Of a DNA stretch of 64,000 nt, positions 53,640 to 62,347 are shown in pieces. The stretch's first letter is position 1; the number at the start of each line of letters is the position of its first letter. Where the stretch lies: the NCBI GenBank assembly GCA_963677435.1, contig OY781945.1:1888001-1952000 (forward strand), written 5' to 3'. The stretch comes from an uncultured Aliarcobacter sp. GTDB lineage: Bacteria; Campylobacterota; Campylobacteria; Campylobacterales; Arcobacteraceae. The translations under genes were made by a program, and so were the position numbers. The notes beneath the pieces were generated by a model. That model made no database searches. It saw only the letters and a list, made by a program, of their open reading frames with translations, and had not been told where the DNA came from.

Positions 53640-55616
53640 TTATCTTTTTAGACCAATTAAAGTTGTTAAAATCTCATCTGCTGTTGTGATTGATTTTGCA
53701 TTTGCTTCGAAGGCTCTTTGGAAAACCATTAAATTAACTAAACTTTCACTTAAATCAGCAGTACTTAATTCTAAAGTTTCACTCTCAACTGATACTCCAT
53801 TATTATTATTCACTGAATATATTGGATTTCCACTATCTTTTGTTGCAGATAGAAGATTATTTCCAATAGCTTCTAATCCAATATCATTTGTAAATTGAGC
53901 AATTGCAACTTGTCCAACTACATAATCAATTCCATCTTGAGTCATTGTTATAATTCCACTATCATCAACAGAAAACTCTCCAAAAGATGAATCTGTTAAA
54001 CCTAAAGAGTTCAATTTTAGTTGTAATGAAGATAAAGATGTAGTTTGATCAACTGTTGAAATAATTTGCATAAATTCTGCATTTGCTCCTGTATTTCCAC
54101 TAATATCTTGATTTTTTTCTTTTGTATATGTTGTAGCACTTGCTAAGTCATTAAATGTAACTACACCTGAAAATTCTTCACCTGCATTTTTTGCATCAAT
54201 AACTAATTTGCCATTTATTGTTTTTGCTTCAACTTGTGTTTGTAAAGTAGGATCTGAATTTATTTTTGAGATTAAATCTTGTACAGCACTATCATAATCT
54301 GTTAATGTATTATCAGTAGTTACTGAAACTCCATTTAATGTAAATGATATAGTATCTCCAACATCAAAACTCAGAGCATTACCATTGTCATCGCTTATAA
54401 TATCACTTGAGGTATACACATCTTGTTGAGTTCCTGCAACTGCATCTCTTAATGCTTGCATTGCACTTTTTACAGCAGCTTCACCTGTTCCTTCAACAGC
54501 ATTAGTTAATGTAGTTTTTGTTCCAATTTGTTCAGTTGATCCAGTAGCTTCTGCAACATCACCTATTGTAAATGATGTTCCTGGAATTATTGAATCAATT
54601 TTTATTGTTCCATTTAAAACATCAACATTAGAGGTACTCGCTTCATTTGATGAGTTTACTGTATAAGCTTTTAATCCCGTAATTTTAGAAATTTCGTCTG
54701 ATAAAGATTTATAAGTAGCAACTCTACTTGCAAGTACATTATATTCATCATCAGTTGTTGTTCCTGATGTTGTAATACCAGCAGCATCCATTTCTGCTTT
54801 AAAAGCACTTGTTGCTGTTGTACTTACATAATTTTGTGTGATTTTATCACCATTTATGTATGCATATATTTGATCACTTTCACCATCTAATAAACTAACT
54901 CCTGTATTTGGATAATCTATTAAAGTAGTTTGAGCAATTGAAGCACTACTTGATTCTTCAGGATTTTCAGAGTAACTTGTAAGTGCTTCTGTATAATTAG
55001 TGATTAATGCTTCAATATCAGAAATTTTTGCTGATTGAGTTTTTATTCCTGAACCAGAAAGTTCAGTTGAATCACTTTTTGCACTACTTGTATAATCAGA
55101 CATTTTAGAAGCATAGGTTTGTATTTTATTTGAGAATTGAATTACTTGATTTCCAGCAATTTGACTAAATGCATCTGTGAAATAACTAAGATTAGAGTTT
55201 GTTGATGTTACATCAGCAGAAGTATCAATAGCACTTACTGCCCAACCTTGAACTTCATTTCCTGAAGCGTCTTGTAAAGTACCATTTGTACCCATTCTAA
55301 AATTCCCAGCTCTTGTATAATAATTTTCTGAAGTCCCACTAAAGTTCTTATTTGCAACAACAAAAAAACCATCTCCATCTAATGCCATATCATAAGAAGA
55401 ACCTGTGATATTTAAACTACCTTGTGTATATTGCTTTTCAGCATTTGCAACTGATGCACCTTTTCCTATACTATCTTGATACATTAAATCTGCAAATGAA
55501 ACTCTTGAAGCTTTATATCCAACTGTATTAACATTTGCAATATTATTTGATTCATTATCTAAAGCAGTTTGTTGAGCAGCAAGTCCTGCAATTCCTGTCC
55601 ATAATGCACTAATCAT
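53640..55616 (-). CDS. flgE: Flagellar hook protein (acidic variant)
   Basis: SNNIANVNTVGYK, DMALDGDGFF, YTRAGNF and LELSTADLSESLVNLMVFQRAFEANAKSI. Confidence 0.92.
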   Translation of the reverse strand: MISALWTGIAGLAAQQTALDNESNNIANVNTVGYKASRVSFADLMYQDSIGKGASVANAEKQYTQGSLNITGSSYDMALDGDGFFVVANKNFSGTSENYYTRAGNFRMGTNGTLQDASGNEVQGWAVSAIDTSADVTSTNSNLSYFTDAFSQIAGNQVIQFSNKIQTYASKMSDYTSSAKSDSTELSGSGIKTQSAKISDIEALITNYTEALTSYSENPEESSSASIAQTTLIDYPNTGVSLLDGESDQIYAYINGDKITQNYVSTTATSAFKAEMDAAGITTSGTTTDDEYNVLASRVATYKSLSDEISKITGLKAYTVNSSNEASTSNVDVLNGTIKIDSIIPGTSFTIGDVAEATGSTEQIGTKTTLTNAVEGTGEAAVKSAMQALRDAVAGTQQDVYTSSDIISDDNGNALSFDVGDTISFTLNGVSVTTDNTLTDYDSAVQDLISKINSDPTLQTQVEAKTINGKLVIDAKNAGEEFSGVVTFNDLASATTYTKEKNQDISGNTGANAEFMQIISTVDQTTSLSSLQLKLNSLGLTDSSFGEFSVDDSGIITMTQDGIDYVVGQVAIAQFTNDIGLEAIGNNLLSATKDSGNPIYSVNNNNGVSVESETLELSTADLSESLVNLMVFQRAFEANAKSITTADEILTTLIGLKR

Positions 55617-55657
55617 TTTAAATCCTTTATGATTAAATAGTGTTTCTCACTAATTTA

Positions 55658-55689
55658 ATCATAAGGTTTTAATGTAAATATGTGGTATC
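55658..55689 (-). promoter_or_regulatory. Cassette box promoter of the flgE operon
   Basis: Minus strand GATAC-N6-TTTAC-N10-TATGAT. Confidence 0.65.
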
Positions 55690-55733
55690 TCTTAGATAAA
55701 TACATTTAATAATAAACAAACCATTTGTAACAG

Positions 55734-56486
55734 TTAGTAAATTTTAGTAATATTATTATAAGCAATAGTTTTTGAATCACTTGAGTATGCAGTTGCCGAA
55801 TCTTGCGAATAACCTAAATCCAAATCATTTTGAGATAATGTAGAACTTCCATTACTAACAGATACAACTAATTGATAATTTCCACTTGTATTTTGTGCCA
55901 TAGAAGCTGTAATTCCTGTAATATTAGAAATTTCTGTTGCTAAATCAGCATAAGTTTTATTATATGTAGAAAAACTATAAGTATTTCCATCACTATTTGT
56001 GAGAGAAAGTGAACTATCTTCATTTGACGAATCTACTATTTGTGATGTATCTGAAACTTCATCAAAATAATAAACATCATAATAACCTGATAATTCATAA
56101 GCTGTTAGAGATATTGTTCCATCATTCATAGCAACTGATGAAACCTTATATTGTTTTGCATTACCATCATCATCAGTATCTCCATTTTCTATAATGTTAC
56201 CGATAAGTGCTGATGAACTTGATAGAGCTGATTGTTCGAAAGTTGACTGTAAAGATTCCATAGCATCAACAGTAGCTGTATTTGCTTCTAATGTTGATAG
56301 TTGTAATTGTGTACTAAGCATAGAATCAGAATCAACGGCATTAGTTGGATCTTGATATTTTAATTCTGTTAACATTAAAGTAATAAAATCATCACTTCCT
56401 AATGAATCATTACTAACTGCTGTAGTATATGAATTCCCATAAGCATCTGTTGAAGAGCTAGTTGTTACTGAACTTGTTGTTGACAT
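55734..56486 (-). CDS. flgD: Flagellar hook capping protein (acidic variant)
   Basis: LGSDDFITLMLTELKYQDPT..D..QL.QLSTLE FlgD N-domain. Confidence 0.92.
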   Translation of the reverse strand: MSTTSSVTTSSSTDAYGNSYTTAVSNDSLGSDDFITLMLTELKYQDPTNAVDSDSMLSTQLQLSTLEANTATVDAMESLQSTFEQSALSSSSALIGNIIENGDTDDDGNAKQYKVSSVAMNDGTISLTAYELSGYYDVYYFDEVSDTSQIVDSSNEDSSLSLTNSDGNTYSFSTYNKTYADLATEISNITGITASMAQNTSGNYQLVVSVSNGSSTLSQNDLDLGYSQDSATAYSSDSKTIAYNNITKIY

Positions 56487-56515
56487 AAGATACTCCTTTT
56501 TAATTAGAATTATAA

Positions 56516-56568
56516 ATTCTAACTATTTGGAGTAAATATAGGGTATTAAAGAGTAAATAAAATGTAAA
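56516..56568 (-). promoter_or_regulatory. Cassette box promoter of flgD (four tandem half-sites)
   Basis: Plus-strand half-sites GTAAA 56532, GTATT 56543, GTAAA 56553, GTAAA 56564; -10 TAGAAT (56516-56521) 10 bp from the proximal half-site. Confidence 0.7.
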
Positions 56569-56570
56569 TG

Positions 56571-57893
56571 CTAATTTAACTTAATTACAAAATTATGATA
56601 GTTATTTATATATTCATATTCTAATTTGTAGTTATGAATTTTTATAATATTATTTGAGATGTATAATCCAAGACCTAATCCATTAGTCGAGTCTTCATAT
56701 TCATGATTAAAAGGTTTATAATATTCTTCTATATCTTTTTCTAATTTTTCCCCTTTATTAACTATTTTTATATAATCTTTTTCAATAAAAATTTGTGGGT
56801 GTCCATTTGTATTATAAGTAATAGCATTATCAATTAAATTTTTTAATGCAATTGAGAATAATTCAAAATCAACATTTAAAATCAAATCATAATTATCTTC
56901 TATATCAATTTTATTATTATCAAGCAATAAAATATCAAAAGCTTGTCCTAATAAATCTATTACATGATATTGACTTTTTTCTAGCGAGATTTTTCCTGAA
57001 GTTAATTCTTCTATTTTTGCAAATTCACTTAATAAATACTCTAATCTTTGAAAAACTCTTATTAATATATGTTTTCTTTCACAATCATCATACATATCAG
57101 TAATTAATTTACCTTTAGTAATAGGAGTTTTTAACTCATGCATAATATTTCGTAAAAATAAATTTCTTGATTCTCTTAATTGTCTTAATTGTTTTACCGC
57201 ATTTTCAAACTCATTTGAAACTTGAGAAATTTCATCTTTTCCATTTGCTTTCATAGAAATTGATAAATCACCAGTTGATAACCTAATCATATTTTCTTTT
57301 AAAATTAAAAGAGGTTTTAATTTTTTCCTCAAAAAGATTAAAAACCAAATTAATAAAATATCAATAATAACTAAGATAACTAACCAAAAACTTTTAAACT
57401 TATTTTCATCAAAATTATCAATTATAATAATATCTTCAGGACTAAAGCCAAAAAAATTTGGAGGTGGTGGTCTATTTTCAAATCTAAATATATCCATGGG
57501 AGATTTTTTATTTCCAAAAGGACCATCTTGATGGGATTTAAAGTGTATGTATTTTTTATTATTGTAATAAAAAAATTCTACGGGTTCATCCTCTTCGCTA
57601 ACTCTTTTAGTACTTGATTCAATTAGTGTTTTTAATTCAACATTAGATATTTGAAGATTAATTGAAGACAATTTATCATTAATTTTTTCAATTGATAATC
57701 CTTCCATTTTTGAATCTTCAATAATTTTTATTGAAGAGAAATATCTTTTTATTTGCAATACATTATTTGAATTATATTCAACAATAAACTGAATACCTAT
57801 TATTAGATTTATAACAATTAAAATAAGTAAAAAGAATAAGTTTATTTGAAAAAGTATGGAATGTTTTTTATTGATTAACCAATTTATAACCAA
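56571..57893 (-). CDS. Sensor histidine kinase (2 TM, HAMP, HisKA, HATPase); start codon uncertain
   Basis: RNIMHELKTPITKG H-box, NLIDNA N-box and GLGLGLYI. Confidence 0.9.
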   Translation of the reverse strand: MVINWLINKKHSILFQINLFFLLILIVINLIIGIQFIVEYNSNNVLQIKRYFSSIKIIEDSKMEGLSIEKINDKLSSINLQISNVELKTLIESSTKRVSEEDEPVEFFYYNNKKYIHFKSHQDGPFGNKKSPMDIFRFENRPPPPNFFGFSPEDIIIIDNFDENKFKSFWLVILVIIDILLIWFLIFLRKKLKPLLILKENMIRLSTGDLSISMKANGKDEISQVSNEFENAVKQLRQLRESRNLFLRNIMHELKTPITKGKLITDMYDDCERKHILIRVFQRLEYLLSEFAKIEELTSGKISLEKSQYHVIDLLGQAFDILLLDNNKIDIEDNYDLILNVDFELFSIALKNLIDNAITYNTNGHPQIFIEKDYIKIVNKGEKLEKDIEEYYKPFNHEYEDSTNGLGLGLYISNNIIKIHNYKLEYEYINNYHNFVIKLN

Positions 57894-58554
57894 CTCCTCG
57901 AATAGATAAAATATGTTTTGGTTTTTTTGTATTTTCTTCAATTTTACTTCGAACTCGACCTATTAAAACATCTATACTTTTATATGAGCTTTCATATTTT
58001 ATAGACTCAACATTTGTAAGTAACTCTTGTCTTGAAACAACTAAACCATTTTTTTGTATTAAATATTGTAATATATAATATTCAGCATTGGTTAATTCTA
58101 ATAATTCATCATCTTTATATATTTCCATTCTAGATTCATCAAATCTAAAAATATCTTTTTTATTTAATTCGACATTATTTTCAATTATTTGATGATTACA
58201 TCTTTTTAAAATTGATTTAATTCTTAAGATTAATTCTTGAGTATCGTATGGTTTTGCCATAAAATCATCAGCACCAAAAGAAAAACAGGCTATTTTATCA
58301 CCTAAGTAAGATCTTGCAGATGAGATAATAATGGGAGTATCATGTCTTTGTCTAATCATTTTACAAACCTCAATACCATCAATATTTGGTAATGATAAAT
58401 CTAAGATTATCAAATCATATCTTTTTATATTTAAAGCAGAGATACCAAGTTCTGGTGTTTCGTAATTAGTTATTTTTATATTATATTGGTTCAGATAGTT
58501 TGTTAGAATAGATGCTAGTTCAATATCATCTTCAATCATTAAAATATTAATCAA
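57868..58554 (-). CDS. OmpR/PhoB-family response regulator
   Basis: IEDD, LDLSLP, KPY and winged helix SIDVLIGRVRSKIE...IRGVGYK; TTG start with AAGGAG SD. Confidence 0.94.
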   Translation of the reverse strand: MINILMIEDDIELASILTNYLNQYNIKITNYETPELGISALNIKRYDLIILDLSLPNIDGIEVCKMIRQRHDTPIIISSARSYLGDKIACFSFGADDFMAKPYDTQELILRIKSILKRCNHQIIENNVELNKKDIFRFDESRMEIYKDDELLELTNAEYYILQYLIQKNGLVVSRQELLTNVESIKYESSYKSIDVLIGRVRSKIEENTKKPKHILSIRGVGYKLVNQ

Positions 58555-58578
58555 AGTTACTCCTTATTTACATATAAA

Positions 58579-58610
58579 ATTATATTATACTAGTGTAAAT
58601 AAAAAGTAAC
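58579..58610 (-). promoter_or_regulatory. Cassette box promoter of the response regulator (autoregulation)
   Basis: Minus strand GTTAC-N6-TTTAC-N10-TATAAT. Confidence 0.7.
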
Positions 58611-58617
58611 ATTTCAT

Positions 58618-60849
58618 TTAAAGAAGTATTTCTCTATTTCCTTTTGCATTAACTTCAGATAAGACACCTGTTTGTTCAAGCTGTTCTACTATTGTTGCAG
58701 CTCTGTTATATCCGATTCTAAGTCTTCTTTGAATATATGATATAGAAGTTTTTTTCTCAGTTAATACAACTTCTTTTGCATCTTGGTATAATTCATCAAG
58801 TTCAATATTATCAGAATTATTAGAACTTCCACCACTTGAAGAAACCCCTGAATTTCTATCTTTTATAAAATTCATATCATAAGAAACTTCTCTTTGATCT
58901 TTTAAGAATTCTACTACTTTTTCAATTTCAGTTTCTGTTGACCAAGGTGCATGAATTCTTACAAGTCCAGACATTCCAGGAGGAGTAAATAGCATATCTC
59001 CACGACCAAGAAGTGACTCAGCCCCCATAGAATCTAAGATAATTTTAGAATCTATTTTTTGCCCTACTTTGTAAGATAATCTACTTGGTAGATTGGCTTT
59101 AATAAGTCCAGTTACAACATCAACAGATGGTCGTTGCGTTGCCACAATTAAGTGAATTCCACTTGCTCTTGCCATTTGTGCAAGTCTGGCAATTGAATAT
59201 TCAACATCTTTCCCACTTGTCATCATTAAATCCGCTAACTCATCAATTACAACCACAATATAAGGCATAGTATCATAACCCTCTACTTTTGCTTTATCAT
59301 TGTAGTTTTCAATGTTTTTTGTTTTTGTTTTTGACATTAATGTATATCTTCGTTCCATCTCTGAAACCATATTTGCTAAAGCATTTATAGCATCTGCTGC
59401 TTTTGTAATAACTGGGGTTAAAAGATGTGGAATATCATTATACATTGAAAACTCAAGCATTTTTGGGTCAATCATCACAAGTCTTAAATTATCTGGTGAG
59501 TTTTTATAAAGCAATGATAAAATCATTGAATTAATTCCCACTGATTTTCCACTTCCTGTAGTTCCTGCTATTAACAAGTGAGGAAGTTTCTTTAAATCTG
59601 TAATAAATGGTTTACCAACTATATCTTTTCCTAAAATCATTGTTAAAGGAGATTTTGAGTTTTGGAAAATTTCACTATCAAGCATCTCTTTTAAATAAAT
59701 TGTTTGTGTATCTTCATTTGGAACTTCAATTCCCACAACATCTTTTCCAGGAATTGGAGCTTGAATCCTAATAGTTTGAGCTTTAAGCGCCATTGCTAAA
59801 TCATCTTGAAGACCTAAAATCTTTGATACTTTTACATTTGGTGCAGGTTTAAATTCAAAAGTTGTTACAACTGGACCTGTATAAGTTCGTACAACATCAC
59901 CATCAATTTTGAACATTGCTAATTTATCAAGTAAATCTGCAATTTTTTGATCAATAAAAGCTTCTGATACCTTTGATTTATTATCTTTTGGTGGATCTTG
60001 GAAAAACGATGTTGGAGGTAATTTAAAATTTTTCGGTTTTTCAGTTTTACCTAGTTCTATTTGATCTAATAATTTTTTATTCTCTTCTAGTTCTTCAACT
60101 ATAATATTGTGTGTTTCAAAATTTGCTTCTTCAACTTTTTCAATTGGTTTTTCAACTATTTCCTCTTCAAATAATGAATGTTGGAATAACTCTTCTTCTT
60201 TAATCTCTTCCATTTTTTCTAAAATATCAGGAATATTTTTCTTTGAATTATTTTCAATAGTTTTCATTTCTGAAATATTTTTATCTAATTTTTTTTCTAT
60301 ATTGTTATAAACTGTTTGATTAATATCTTCAGCTCTTTTTTCTCTTCTTTTATTTTCTATTTTTTTGATATCTAAACTATTCTTTAGTTTTATCTTATTT
60401 CTAAGTTTATGTAAATCTTCCATCTCAAATTCAGAATTTTCAAATAAAACTATAACAGAAATTATAAATCCAACTAAAACAAAGAAATATAGTCCAGCAA
60501 GTCCAATAACTGGACTTAAACTATCAACTAATATATTTCCTATTTCTCCTCTATTATAAGGATTTTCTACTATTAGTGCTTGAAAAATCAAAGATACAAA
60601 AAGTAATAAAAATATAACTAAAATATTTAGAACTAAATCTCTTCTATCTATATTTTTAAAATTCACAATATATAAAATATATATAAATAAAAATAGACTC
60701 ACATAAGATAAATACCCAAAATACCTATGTGAATAATCTGAAAAAACATATCCAACATTTCCAACAACATCTTGACCACTTTCAAAAGTGGAAAATTGGA
60801 AATAAATAATGATAAATAAAAAAATTAGTGATATGATTTTCTTTGCTAT
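58618..60849 (-). CDS. ftsK: DNA translocase FtsK (probable ATA start)
   Basis: PHLLIAGTTGSGKS, VVVIDELAD and gamma domain IQRRLRIGYNRA. The frame extends 49 codons upstream of the tracked GTG and covers TM1 and GNVG. Confidence 0.95.
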   Translation of the reverse strand: MAKKIISLIFLFIIIYFQFSTFESGQDVVGNVGYVFSDYSHRYFGYLSYVSLFLFIYILYIVNFKNIDRRDLVLNILVIFLLLFVSLIFQALIVENPYNRGEIGNILVDSLSPVIGLAGLYFFVLVGFIISVIVLFENSEFEMEDLHKLRNKIKLKNSLDIKKIENKRREKRAEDINQTVYNNIEKKLDKNISEMKTIENNSKKNIPDILEKMEEIKEEELFQHSLFEEEIVEKPIEKVEEANFETHNIIVEELEENKKLLDQIELGKTEKPKNFKLPPTSFFQDPPKDNKSKVSEAFIDQKIADLLDKLAMFKIDGDVVRTYTGPVVTTFEFKPAPNVKVSKILGLQDDLAMALKAQTIRIQAPIPGKDVVGIEVPNEDTQTIYLKEMLDSEIFQNSKSPLTMILGKDIVGKPFITDLKKLPHLLIAGTTGSGKSVGINSMILSLLYKNSPDNLRLVMIDPKMLEFSMYNDIPHLLTPVITKAADAINALANMVSEMERRYTLMSKTKTKNIENYNDKAKVEGYDTMPYIVVVIDELADLMMTSGKDVEYSIARLAQMARASGIHLIVATQRPSVDVVTGLIKANLPSRLSYKVGQKIDSKIILDSMGAESLLGRGDMLFTPPGMSGLVRIHAPWSTETEIEKVVEFLKDQREVSYDMNFIKDRNSGVSSSGGSSNNSDNIELDELYQDAKEVVLTEKKTSISYIQRRLRIGYNRAATIVEQLEQTGVLSEVNAKGNREILL

Positions 60850-60859
60850 GATAAAGCCT

Positions 60860-61807
60860 TTACTTTAATAAATTTGATATTTTTCCTTGTAATTTAAGCC
60901 ATTGTCTATGCTCAAATAAAGGAAAACCTGCCCATGATTTCTTAGGTTCTGTAATACTTTTTGTAACTCCACCACGAGCTGCAATTGTTGTAAATGCTGC
61001 GATTTCTAAATGTCCAGCTGTTGCACTTTGTCCACCCATTACTACATAAGGGTTTAAAACTGTTGAACCAGAAAGCCCAACTTGAGCAACTAAAATTGAA
61101 CCTCTTCCTATTTTACAATTGTGTCCAATATGAACTAAATTATCAATTCTAACTCCATCTTCAATAATTGTAGAATTAAATACTGCCCTATCAATTGCAG
61201 TGTTTGCACCTATTTCAACATCATTTCCAATTGTTACATTTCCATTTTGATAGATTTTTATATATTTTCCATCTTTAGTATTAGCAAATCCAAAACCATC
61301 ACTTCCAATTACAGTTCCTGCATGAATAATACAATCATTTCCTATTGTACAATCTCTATAAACTGTTACATTTGGATAGATAATAGTGTTATTACCTATT
61401 TTTACATTATCGCCAATATAAGCCCCAGCCATTATAGTACAATCACTTCCTATAACTGAATCTTTTCCGATATAAACATTTGGCATAACTTTTGTTCCAC
61501 CACCAATTAATGGTTTTTCACCATCCATTTCTACAACATTTGGAGCAAAAAGTTTAGAAATTTTTGCTAAATTCAAATATGGTTCATCACAAACTAAAGC
61601 AATAGCTCCACTAGGAACTTCACTTGAATTTTCCTTTGTAACTAAAACTGCTGCTGCTTTTGTATTTTTTAAATCGCTGATATATTTTTTATTTTCTAAA
61701 AAAGTAAGTTGATTTTCATTTGAATCTAGTAAAGTGTTTAAACCTGTTATCTCTTTTTCTTCTTGGCAATCTATACCAATAAAATCTGCAATCTCTTGAA
61801 GAGTCAT
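60860..61807 (-). CDS. lpxD: UDP-3-O-acylglucosamine N-acyltransferase
   Basis: Hexapeptide repeats, IGSDGFG, IDRA and DNLVHIGHN. Confidence 0.95.
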   Translation of the reverse strand: MTLQEIADFIGIDCQEEKEITGLNTLLDSNENQLTFLENKKYISDLKNTKAAAVLVTKENSSEVPSGAIALVCDEPYLNLAKISKLFAPNVVEMDGEKPLIGGGTKVMPNVYIGKDSVIGSDCTIMAGAYIGDNVKIGNNTIIYPNVTVYRDCTIGNDCIIHAGTVIGSDGFGFANTKDGKYIKIYQNGNVTIGNDVEIGANTAIDRAVFNSTIIEDGVRIDNLVHIGHNCKIGRGSILVAQVGLSGSTVLNPYVVMGGQSATAGHLEIAAFTTIAARGGVTKSITEPKKSWAGFPLFEHRQWLKLQGKISNLLK

Positions 61808-61830
61808 TTCTTATCCTTATATTTAAGAAT

Positions 61831-61856
61831 AAGATAAGAGTTTATACTCTTATCTT
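61831..61856 (-). terminator. Hairpin overlapping the ilvH stop
   Basis: AAGATAAGAGT-ttat-ACTCTTATCTT perfect 11-bp stem; poor U-tract. Confidence 0.5.
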
Positions 61857-62347
61857 TCCATCGCTACTATTCCACTTCTTACAACTTCAAGTGGGTTAAA
61901 TTTTTGCATAACTTTTATAAAATTCATAATTCTAGCACTTGAATCTGTTGCTGAAACGATGATTGAATCATCCGTTACATTTTGAATACTTCCATGATAT
62001 GCTCGTGCAATTACATCAATATCTGATAGATTATTGTCAATTGAGAATTTCATTAAAACTGTATCTTTTTCAATTACATTTTTATGTTCATTTACTCTTA
62101 ATACTGGAATCAATTTATTTAATTGTTTAACAATTTGGTCTATCACTCTTTTATCACCAGTTGTAACTATTGTCATTCTTGAGTATTGACTATCTGTAAT
62201 TGGTGCAACTGTTAAAGAGTCAATATTATAACCTCGTGCTGAAAATAATCCAACAATTCTTGATAAAACATTATGTTCATTTAAGACAATAACTGAAATT
62301 ACTTGTCGTGTTGTTTCTGAATCGTAATAATGGTTAAAATTGTTCAT
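61850..62347 (-). CDS. ilvH: Acetolactate synthase small subunit
   Basis: VLSRIVGLFSARGYNIDSLTV and QIVKQLNKL. Confidence 0.94.
   Translation of the reverse strand: MNNFNHYYDSETTRQVISVIVLNEHNVLSRIVGLFSARGYNIDSLTVAPITDSQYSRMTIVTTGDKRVIDQIVKQLNKLIPVLRVNEHKNVIEKDTVLMKFSIDNNLSDIDVIARAYHGSIQNVTDDSIIVSATDSSARIMNFIKVMQKFNPLEVVRSGIVAMER

Noticed and set aside
48030..58617. Cassette as a transposon or genomic island with defined ends
   Set aside because: No transposase, integrase, tRNA target or terminal repeats were visible; accessory status needs comparative genomics.
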